Shown here piece by piece: positions 24,066 through 31,037 of a DNA stretch of 31,037 bases (position 1 is the first letter of the stretch; each line of letters begins with the position of its first letter). The notes under the pieces were generated by a model that worked only from the letters and a program-made list of their open reading frames with translations, ran no database searches and was not told the DNA's origin. The stretch is from a virus (taxonomy: Duplodnaviria; Heunggongvirae; Uroviricota; Caudoviricetes), in the IMG/VR virus record IMGVR_UViG_3300006143_000002. One strand, 5' to 3'. Position numbers and translations under genes: made by a program.

Positions 24066-24821
24066 TTATTTGTTATTTCTTGTATCTGTATTAACATTAC
24101 CCAAAGTACCAAGATAATTCGTAGCAGTAGGTGAGTTAAATGGTGCTGATGATTTTTGATTTGTAACTTCATCATCAGATACTTTAAATTGACTATATGG
24201 AGCTGTTGTCCAAGGATAAGCCTTATCATATTGAATAGTTGTACTGAATTGTCTAAATTCAGGATTTTGTCTTGAATAGTTACCTTGATTATATTCATTT
24301 ATCCAGCAACCTTGTAATCTCCAGTCAATTACTCTAGTTCCGTTCGGAGCCCACTTATATAGCAATCCATCATTACTGTAGTATTCTTTGAAACCTATCT
24401 TATCATTTTTAGGGTTATGACATTGAGTGTACCATGCTAACAATATTCTTTCTGTATCCATACCAATATAATCAGTAAATGATATTGCACTTGTACCAAC
24501 AGTAGGTACACCTGCATATTTCATTTCCCCATTACCAGTTCTTAATGTCATTGGGTCAACTGTCATACTTGGTCCTGCAAAATCTCTTAAAGATAATGCA
24601 AGAGTTTCAGATGCATCAGCAGCAGTAGCAACTAAATTAGAATCCATATCATATAGGTCTCTTGCAAATTTAACTTTGAATATAAAGTCTGAACTTCTTC
24701 CAGGTTCAAAGTCTTTTTTGTGTAGTAACATATAAGATGTTCCTAAATATTTATCAGTAATATCTGCTGTAACAGAATTTCTATCATTCATATTTAGGTT
24801 TGTTGAAAATACTCTTCCCAT
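24066..24821 (-). CDS. Tail tube protein (T4 gp19-like)
   Basis: Follows the sheath; GNGEMKYAG, ISFTD, LLAW, WRLQGCW, FSTTIQYDKA patterns. Confidence 0.85.
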   Translation of the reverse strand: MGRVFSTNLNMNDRNSVTADITDKYLGTSYMLLHKKDFEPGRSSDFIFKVKFARDLYDMDSNLVATAADASETLALSLRDFAGPSMTVDPMTLRTGNGEMKYAGVPTVGTSAISFTDYIGMDTERILLAWYTQCHNPKNDKIGFKEYYSNDGLLYKWAPNGTRVIDWRLQGCWINEYNQGNYSRQNPEFRQFSTTIQYDKAYPWTTAPYSQFKVSDDEVTNQKSSAPFNSPTATNYLGTLGNVNTDTRNNK

Positions 24822-26395
24822 TAGCTATTACCTCCTTCTGTTTGCATTTCTACACTACCATAACCAACATTAAGTAAGATTTCAATTTTCTTAACAGTAG
24901 GTGATAAGTAAACATCAAGTCTTATCTTTAATTTTCTAGGTTCAGCATCTGTACTTTCATTGTAAATAGCATAGTCAGTTACTGCACCTTCTGAAATCAT
25001 TCTATCAAGATAATCAGATGTTCTTAATCCAAATGTTTCAAAAACTTCTGTTGAGTTATATTGGAATTGTAGTTCTGTAGCAAGATTATAAACAAATCTT
25101 CTAATATCTATTACTGTTAAATCAGCACTTGATTCAATAAATAGATTATTTTCTCCTGTTTCTACTTCAGGTTCCAATAATGTACTATTTCCACCAATAG
25201 CATAAGTACTTCCATTTATTTTCATAATTGGATTTATATTTACACTATCATCTGATTGCCATTTTTCAGCGATGTCTGTTCCTATCTCAAATTCTGTTCT
25301 AACTACATTTTTTATAACACCTGTGCTCAAGCCAGCAACTGGGTTATATGATTTCTTACCTTCTGCTAATCTATTACCCATAGCTGTTAAATAAGCATAA
25401 GATGGTGGCATCCAATAACTATCTGCACCAATTCTTATATAAACCCATGGTCCAAATATACGTCCACTTGCTATTATACCATTATCTGTATATTGATTAT
25501 ACTTCAATGAACCAGCAACATCTTCATATTCTCCTTGTACTGAACCTATTGGTAAATCTATAATAGCAGCACAATCTTGTCTTTTCTTTGTTAAAGCTAA
25601 CATTGCATTAGCAATAGCAAGTGGTCCTTTTCCATTAGACATATCATCTGTATATCCTCCACTTGTTATAAATTTAGGTTTGAATAACATTTTATCTTCT
25701 ATAAATTTATATGATTCTGGAATTTCTGCAGCAACATCTGTTTCAGGAAAATCTGCACCACCTACTAGCATAAATTCTTTTTTCTCATTTACATCAAATG
25801 TAGTAAAATCTTCATTTACTGAACTTATTTTTATTCTATCAAATTCAATAGTTCTTAAAGAATTAATTACTTCTTTTGCAGTTTCTTCTGAATTAGCTTT
25901 ACGAATTGCTAATCTTCTTCTTTCTATTAAACTTCTTCCAACTTCTACATCTAACCAAATAGCACTTGTTGAAGGTTTATAAGTTACTTTCATGTCATTA
26001 CCAAAACTACCACCATATTTTTCTTCAACAATGAAGTCAATAATTTCTCCAGTATCTGTTTCTTTTTTAAAAGTTGCTTTTGCTTTTAATGCACCATTCA
26101 AATCATTTTCAACATCTTCTTCAGTAATGTTTGCTTGATTATGGTGTGCAATTCTTCTAAACATTATTGGCATACCAGCACTTAATAAACCTGTTACATA
26201 TTCAAATGTGCTAGAACCTTCAGGTCCTTTTTGTCCAAAAGCATTTTTAAATTCGTCAACAGTTGTTACTAATACTGGTTTTGTCCAGTCACCTGTTATG
26301 GCAGTTCCAGGTACATATACCCAGTTATCAATAGCTGCTTTTGAATTTCCTAATTCTCTTGATAGATTATTAGTTGTAATTTCTATAAATGCCAT
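24821..26395 (-). CDS. Tail sheath protein
   Basis: PVLVT..DEF...FG, KYGGSFGN, R.DC.AIID.P, PPS, INPI, RR....LA, PTVKKIEI motifs of contractile sheaths. Confidence 0.92.
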   Translation of the reverse strand: MAFIEITTNNLSRELGNSKAAIDNWVYVPGTAITGDWTKPVLVTTVDEFKNAFGQKGPEGSSTFEYVTGLLSAGMPIMFRRIAHHNQANITEEDVENDLNGALKAKATFKKETDTGEIIDFIVEEKYGGSFGNDMKVTYKPSTSAIWLDVEVGRSLIERRRLAIRKANSEETAKEVINSLRTIEFDRIKISSVNEDFTTFDVNEKKEFMLVGGADFPETDVAAEIPESYKFIEDKMLFKPKFITSGGYTDDMSNGKGPLAIANAMLALTKKRQDCAAIIDLPIGSVQGEYEDVAGSLKYNQYTDNGIIASGRIFGPWVYIRIGADSYWMPPSYAYLTAMGNRLAEGKKSYNPVAGLSTGVIKNVVRTEFEIGTDIAEKWQSDDSVNINPIMKINGSTYAIGGNSTLLEPEVETGENNLFIESSADLTVIDIRRFVYNLATELQFQYNSTEVFETFGLRTSDYLDRMISEGAVTDYAIYNESTDAEPRKLKIRLDVYLSPTVKKIEILLNVGYGSVEMQTEGGNS

Positions 26396-26414
26396 TGTTT
26401 AATTCCTCCTTTTC

Positions 26415-27602
26415 TTATTTTTTCAATATTAAACTAAATTCTTTTCCTTTTAAAGTTTTTCCTTCTGTAATTTTTAGTTGTTTATTCTCTTTAATTGTAT
26501 ATTTTCTAAATGTTTTATTTTCTTTTATAGGAATTAGTTTACAAGTAAAATCTTTTGTATCACTTTCCATAACTAATTTACCTTTAACATATAATTTACT
26601 TTCTGTTAATGCTAAAACTTTTTCAACTTTCACAGATTTACCATTTTTATATGTTTCATTTACAAATTTAGATAATCCTTCCTCAACTTTAGTTTTTAAT
26701 TCTTTATTTAATTTTTTAGATTCAGTTTTTCTTAAATCAACTTTATTAATAACTTTTCTTTTAGGTTCTTTTTCTGCTTCTTCTTTTTTAGATTTATTTT
26801 CTACTTTTTTAATGTCTGTTTTATTAATTTTCTTTTTGAATAGTTGTGCTTCCCCTTCTTCTTTCTTTTCTTTTCCACAGTTTCTACCACAACCTTCAAC
26901 TTTTTTACTTTCATCTAAATCTTCTTCGTCAGATATTCCTAAATCTGCAAAAATTGTATCACTTTCAAACCAAAGCATATCATTTAATTCAGTTCTATCC
27001 ATAGCAGTATCAGCACTATCTTCAAATGATTCAAGGTAGTCCATTAGTTCATCTTCCTTATCTGCTTCTCTTATTGTATCTAGTGTAGATATTGCACCAC
27101 TCCAGCTAGAGCTATATAATTCATCGAAAGAACCAATATACTCAACTGTATATACACCTTCTTGTAATTTATTACTTTGCTTAAATGCAACTTTATGTTC
27201 TTTTAATCCTTTATTTTCAACTTTTTTTATATCTGTTTTATTTATTTTCTTTTTGAATAAAGGAGCTTCTCCTTCAGTAATTTTTTTACTTTCTTCAAAA
27301 TCTTCCATTTCTGGTTCATCTTCAACAGAATCATCCATAATTGGTTCTTCAACAGGTATATCTTCTACTGGTGTTTCATCTATAACTGGTTCTGTACCCA
27401 TACCAATATCAACTGCTGCATTTTCTTTTGGTTCTATTACAATATTAGCATCATCAGTTTCAACTGCTGTTAATCCATCTGGTGTAGTTGTAACTGTTGT
27501 ACTTTCTTTCTTTATAGATTTATTTTCCTTTAAAGGTAATTTACCTAAAATTGCTAATCTTGTAGCTTCTTCTAATGAAATTCTATTTGATTTTTTTAAC
27601 AT
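26415..27602 (-). CDS. Glu/Lys-rich putative head-internal (core/ejection) protein with an internal repeat
   Basis: Many hydrophobic-x-E-[SGN] motifs, a duplicated 22-aa segment, and an embedded globular WSGA...LNDMLWFE segment; start moved to ATG 27602 behind GGAGG. Confidence 0.6.
   Translation of the reverse strand: MLKKSNRISLEEATRLAILGKLPLKENKSIKKESTTVTTTPDGLTAVETDDANIVIEPKENAAVDIGMGTEPVIDETPVEDIPVEEPIMDDSVEDEPEMEDFEESKKITEGEAPLFKKKINKTDIKKVENKGLKEHKVAFKQSNKLQEGVYTVEYIGSFDELYSSSWSGAISTLDTIREADKEDELMDYLESFEDSADTAMDRTELNDMLWFESDTIFADLGISDEEDLDESKKVEGCGRNCGKEKKEEGEAQLFKKKINKTDIKKVENKSKKEEAEKEPKRKVINKVDLRKTESKKLNKELKTKVEEGLSKFVNETYKNGKSVKVEKVLALTESKLYVKGKLVMESDTKDFTCKLIPIKENKTFRKYTIKENKQLKITEGKTLKGKEFSLILKK
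26793..27275. repeat. 66-bp diverged direct repeat (26793-26858 and 27210-27275)
   Basis: Encodes EGEA[PQ]LFKKKINKTDIKKVENK; 9 nucleotide differences but only one amino-acid change. Confidence 0.9.
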
Positions 27603-28152
27603 TTTTAGCTTCCTCCTTTTTATTTTCTTCAAGATTATTTATATCAAAATCTCTTAAAGCATTTGCATACTCTTCACATAACTCTGCTAAACCAACAAGT
27701 CCCTCATCTTTACTGCAATCAGCAACCCAATCTAACTCAGGTACTATTGTATCTTGTATAGATTGCATAATTCCTGTTCTGCTTCTATCTCTTTCTTCAA
27801 GTTTCTTTCCTTCTGTTTCAACTTCTTTAGGGTCAAATCCTCTTTGTTGAAAATAATCTTTTTGGTGTCTAGTTGTTGTTTGAGAGAATTTTCCTTTTGA
27901 ATATGGTTTACCACCTCTTACACCACCAACATGTGTTCCATAAGAGTATAGTTCTTCATCACCATTATCTTTTTTAACTACTTTTGCTTTTTTGTAGAAA
28001 GATGCTCTACTATCAAATCTTGGTTCTAGATACTCTTCTGTATCTTCTTTAACTATCTTTGTTTCAACTTTTTTTGCTTTTCTAGTTCTACTTTCAATAA
28101 GCTTTGCTTTCTCTTTTTGTAATTCTTGTGCATAAGCCTCCATAAAATTCAT
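27583..28152 (-). CDS. Putative head-internal protein with an embedded small phage domain
   Basis: KLIES, KIVKED, KKLEE, NLEEN motifs flanking SFYKKAKV...LYSYGT...SQTTTRHQ; start moved to ATG 28152 on RBS spacing. Confidence 0.55.
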   Translation of the reverse strand: MNFMEAYAQELQKEKAKLIESRTRKAKKVETKIVKEDTEEYLEPRFDSRASFYKKAKVVKKDNGDEELYSYGTHVGGVRGGKPYSKGKFSQTTTRHQKDYFQQRGFDPKEVETEGKKLEERDRSRTGIMQSIQDTIVPELDWVADCSKDEGLVGLAELCEEYANALRDFDINNLEENKKEEAKNVKKIK

Positions 28153-28189
28153 ATTATGATACACTTCCTTTCTATAACTTTTAAAATAA

Positions 28190-28960
28190 TTAGTTTAATA
28201 CTTTAAAATTATCTTTATTATCATCTAAATAAGTTCTTACATTTTGTAGTTCGGTTAAACCTTCTTGTAATATTGTAGGTCCGTCCAAACCAAATGTAGC
28301 ATTATTTGGAGTATATTTGCTTCTTATTCTACCTGTTATTATTTTTGCCATTGCTAATGCCATCTTTCTTAATTGAGTTTCCCAATACATTTCTCTAATA
28401 TCTTCACAAGAATAATATTCTGGTTTAAAAGATATAGTCACAAATGATGGTGTCTGTGGATTTGCAGATATATATAATTTTCTGTTAGGTTTATCCCAAT
28501 GATAATCCATATCAGTAGATAATATATTCAAATTCTTTTTAACCATTAAAGCATTTGCATAATCTTGTACATCATATATTCCTGTAACTGTATTAGGATA
28601 CATTGCAATAGGTACTAAATAAGAAGTACCAGATAGAATACTATCGTTGCATCTAGTTACCCTATCTACTGCATCAATATTGTATTTTTTTAAATCAATA
28701 CATTTAGAAAAGGGTACTGTAATTGTATATGTATCTGATATATAATGTTTTAACTCATCAAATGCCTCATCAACAATTTCTTTTACCTGTGCAGGTGTTA
28801 GTTCCAACTCTAAAACATCCCCACCTAATTGCTTTTCTATATATCTAACTATTGATTTTGTTCTTTTTTTCATACGAGGGTATTTTCTAGGTTTAACTAA
28901 ATCTTTATCCTGAAATATACTATCCAATTCTGGTAAGTTATTTATTTCTTCTTCATTCAT
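28190..28960 (-). CDS. Neck / head-completion protein (T4 gp13-like)
   Basis: YIEKQLGGDVLELEL...Q....VDEA near the N-terminus and ALAMAK...GRIRSKY...LDG..ILQEG..E at the C-terminus. Confidence 0.82.
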   Translation of the reverse strand: MNEEEINNLPELDSIFQDKDLVKPRKYPRMKKRTKSIVRYIEKQLGGDVLELELTPAQVKEIVDEAFDELKHYISDTYTITVPFSKCIDLKKYNIDAVDRVTRCNDSILSGTSYLVPIAMYPNTVTGIYDVQDYANALMVKKNLNILSTDMDYHWDKPNRKLYISANPQTPSFVTISFKPEYYSCEDIREMYWETQLRKMALAMAKIITGRIRSKYTPNNATFGLDGPTILQEGLTELQNVRTYLDDNKDNFKVLN

Positions 28961-28987
28961 TCCAATCTACCTCCGTATATATTTGTA

Positions 28988-29026
28988 TAGTTATAGGTAG
29001 AAGAGGTAGGTATCTACCTATAACTA
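28988..29026 (-). promoter_or_regulatory. 14-bp hairpin in the neck-gene leader
   Basis: TAGTTATAGGTAGA / TCTACCTATAACTA with an 11-nt loop; no U-tract follows on the minus strand. Confidence 0.6.
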
Positions 29027-29046
29027 CACTTGTAATAATATATAAA

Positions 29047-29475
29047 TTATTTATTATTACCAAAAATTGATTTCTTTGTTGTAGTCTTTTTACCCTTTGC
29101 TGACTTTCTAACAAATTTAGATTTAGGTTTTTCATCAATATCTTTTATACCCTCGTCTACTTTATTAGTTTCTTGGGCATCCTCACCTATTTCTGGTGGT
29201 ATTTCTTTAGAACCATCTTTTTCATTATTAGAAGTTTCAGTAATACTTTCTGGATTTTTCAACCCATCAGGGTCATCTACAACTGGTGTTATTTCGAAGG
29301 CTTCCATTGGGGTAACAGTTACACCAATTTCTTCTGCCCTTTTCATAACACCTTCAATATCCCTAACATTTACTTCAATTTCCTCATTTACACTTAATAC
29401 CTGTGTTGGCATCAAAGGAGCAAGTTTAGAAATATTTATAGGTTTTTTGCTAGGGTTTTTAACTGTTACTTTCAT
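29047..29475 (-). CDS. Hypothetical late protein: small beta domain, then acidic and basic tail
   Basis: GGAGGT RBS; N-terminus resembles the neighbouring 69-aa protein. Confidence 0.7.
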   Translation of the reverse strand: MKVTVKNPSKKPINISKLAPLMPTQVLSVNEEIEVNVRDIEGVMKRAEEIGVTVTPMEAFEITPVVDDPDGLKNPESITETSNNEKDGSKEIPPEIGEDAQETNKVDEGIKDIDEKPKSKFVRKSAKGKKTTTKKSIFGNNK

Positions 29476-29504
29476 GTAACATACCTCCTAACTAACATTT
29501 CAAA

Positions 29505-29714
29505 CTAAGCTAATGTAACTTCAATACCTAACTCAGCATTTTCTTGAGCAGCATAGTAAGCAGCTTCTTCTGATGTTTTAACTGTTAGTACGATTTCATC
29601 TTCAGGTTGTAATTCCTCTGGAAAATTAACTTTGAAGTATCTTACTTCTACAGGTTTTGCACCAGCATTTTTGATTGTAGCAGTTGTTACTGCTGAAAAA
29701 TCTCTTTGTGCCAT
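29505..29714 (-). CDS. Small putative virion protein
   Basis: Strong AAAGGAGG RBS; first gene of the structural unit; beta-rich, Ala/Glu/Val-rich. Confidence 0.7.
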   Translation of the reverse strand: MAQRDFSAVTTATIKNAGAKPVEVRYFKVNFPEELQPEDEIVLTVKTSEEAAYYAAQENAELGIEVTLA

Positions 29715-29739
29715 TTTAAGTTCCTCCTTTATACATATT

Positions 29740-29930
29740 TGTAAAGTGCCTGATTTCTTTACATACTTTTTCTTTTCTGATTATCAATATTTCTATTGAG
29801 AGAAAAGAGGAAGGCAAATCCCCTTATAAATAAAATGGTCTAGATACAAAAGTATTGTTAGATATTGTATATCTTACTTTAATCTAAACCATAAAACTTA
29901 TTATTGAGATTAGGCAAGTATTCCTGCCTC
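29740..29930 (-). ncRNA. Candidate structured leader or ncRNA (four stem-loop domains)
   Basis: Intergenic stretch between the late motif and the first RBS, mostly tiled by inverted repeats, one closed by a GAAA tetraloop. Confidence 0.5.
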
Positions 29931-29943
29931 ATTAATATTTTAC
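29927..29943 (-). promoter_or_regulatory. Putative late promoter motif, copy 5
   Basis: Exact GTAAAATATTAATGAGG at the head of the structural block. Confidence 0.82.
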
Positions 29944-30022
29944 TTATATATATTACAAAATTAACATTTTTATAAATTCACTTGATATATTTTAAAATTT
30001 ATTTAAAAATTTTAAAAAATGC

Positions 30023-30074
30023 TTGACATATCTTAAAACTTATAGTATAATACTATTACAAATAGTAGATAATA
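30023..30074 (+). promoter_or_regulatory. Conserved sigmaA-consensus (putative early) promoter, copy 3
   Basis: TTGACA 30023-30028, 17-bp spacer with one mismatch to copies 1-2, TATAAT 30046-30051, AGTAGATAATA 30064-30074. Confidence 0.92.
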
Positions 30075-30107
30075 CAAATGTTAAACATATAGAAAGGAAG
30101 AAATACT

Positions 30108-30353
30108 ATGAATAGAATTAAATGTCCTAAATGTGGTTGTGATAAATTAGATTATTGGTTAGAAGAAATATCTACTAATTATTATGAAATAGGCAAAGAT
30201 GGTTTTTATGATATAAATAGCAAACCAATACATACATCAAGTGGAAGTGGGTATGGTGCATCAGGTTACAGATGTAAGAGATGTGATTGTGAGTGGAATG
30301 ACATTTCAGGAAATATAATATATGAAGGAGATGGTAAATATGAAAATAAATAG
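30108..30353 (+). CDS. Zinc-ribbon-like small protein
   Basis: CPKC ... CKRC; AAAGGAAG RBS. Confidence 0.75.
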   Translation: MNRIKCPKCGCDKLDYWLEEISTNYYEIGKDGFYDINSKPIHTSSGSGYGASGYRCKRCDCEWNDISGNIIYEGDGKYENK

Positions 30354-30615
30354 AATATTAAAGAAGCAAGCTGAAGAAATTATAGTATATGGAGAAAATC
30401 AAGGTTTCTCTCTTATATCTCTTATTGGAAAAAATGTAACTGTTCATCATAGAAATTATAAGGGGAAACACTATGATATACTTGAACTTGAATTTGATAT
30501 AGATAATAAAGGAAATACTATATCTGTATTTTATGAAACAGACCCTAAAGAGATATTGCAAATATTAGGAATGGAGGAAGATTATTTTGAAAAAGATAAA
30601 AGTAAAAGTATTTAA
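30340..30615 (+). CDS. Hypothetical protein
   Basis: ORF track gives 30322..30615; ATG 30340 follows GGAGATGG. Confidence 0.65.
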   Translation: MKINRILKKQAEEIIVYGENQGFSLISLIGKNVTVHHRNYKGKHYDILELEFDIDNKGNTISVFYETDPKEILQILGMEEDYFEKDKSKSI

Positions 30616-31033
30616 TGTTTATAAATCTGATAATGATGAATTTTTAGATAATATAAATCTAGGGTGGAGAGATAAATTTGATTTTCACATGCACATTATA
30701 GATAAAGATGGTTATGTATGGAATGAAGAAGTAGGATTTAAAGTACCTGATGAGTATATAGAAGAAACTTATAAATATGAATTGGAGCCTAAGGAGAAAG
30801 CAAATTTACATACTAAAAAAATTATATTTGAATTAGCAGAACAAAAATTAAATGAAGCAGAACAAGATTATCATAATTTTTTTGTAGATTTATTTTCTAA
30901 AATAGATAATTCAGAAGATTTATTTCTTTCAGAATGGAGCTGTGAATTAAGTCCAATAGGAAATTGTATATGTAAATGGGATGGAAATGATAATACCTGT
31001 ATATTCTGTGGAGAACCTGATGAAAGAAAATAA
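30587..31033 (+). CDS. Hypothetical protein with a C-terminal Cys cluster
   Basis: TTG start behind GGAGG; C..SPIGNC...CIFCGEPDERK. Confidence 0.7.
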   Translation: MKKIKVKVFNVYKSDNDEFLDNINLGWRDKFDFHMHIIDKDGYVWNEEVGFKVPDEYIEETYKYELEPKEKANLHTKKIIFELAEQKLNEAEQDYHNFFVDLFSKIDNSEDLFLSEWSCELSPIGNCICKWDGNDNTCIFCGEPDERK

Positions 31034-31037
31034 ATTT

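Noticed and set aside
26389-27850. Plus-strand ORFs 26389..27039, 27253..27657 and 27575..27850
   Set aside because: Ser/Phe/Leu-rich antisense shadows of Glu/Lys-rich minus-strand genes; no RBS.
10487-28960. Bacterial contractile injection system or tailocin interpretation
   Set aside because: A head-neck gp13-like gene, phage-type nucleotide genes and early-gene cassettes indicate a true phage.
2389-30561. Other short overlapping ORFs in the track (e.g. 2389..2589, 4388..4699, 10159..10542, 19097..19354, 22738..22962, 25680..25982, 28953..29138, 30358..30561)
   Set aside because: They overlap better-supported genes, lack RBSs and have shadow-like composition; 22738..22962 also crosses a terminator.
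1-31037. Alternative genetic code (stop-codon reassignment)
   Set aside because: Conserved enzymes are full length in the standard code, and TAA, TAG and TGA all end genes at sensible junctions; the two breaks found are frame changes, not in-frame stops.
1-31037. CRISPR array, tRNA, rRNA, integrase/transposase or diversity-generating retroelement
   Set aside because: No regularly spaced repeats, cloverleaf, recombinase or reverse-transcriptase motifs seen by eye; the 66-bp repeat differs mostly at synonymous sites and has no nearby reverse transcriptase, unlike a DGR template/variable pair.

Overview
A very AT-rich segment of a large myovirus-type phage with T4-like tail architecture, probably infecting an anaerobic Firmicute (strong GGAGG Shine-Dalgarno sites, sigmaA-consensus promoters, class III ribonucleotide reductase, virion peptidoglycan hydrolases). 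The minus strand carries a morphogenesis block (neck gp13-like, two putative head-internal proteins, sheath, tube, chaperone, tape measure, a multi-dockerin protein, baseplate genes), then a nucleotide-supply block (nrdD, glyA, nrdG, thyX). Plus-strand clusters of small hypothetical genes lie at both ends and between the chaperone and tape-measure genes, each with a near-identical extended sigmaA-type promoter. A separate 17-bp motif (GTAAAATATTAATGAGG) precedes minus-strand units and is a candidate late promoter. Main observations: (1) an 886-aa putative virion protein with ten dockerin-type Ca2+ loops, including an X-module/dockerin nested inside another dockerin, suggesting adsorption to host cohesins; (2) a start-less +1 frame behind the tail chaperone, implying programmed frameshifting; (3) a second +1 frame break in a baseplate gene; (4) a ~210-nt multi-hairpin RNA behind a late motif; (5) putative protease-processed capsid cargo polyproteins. 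All family calls come from motif recognition by eye; no database searches were run.
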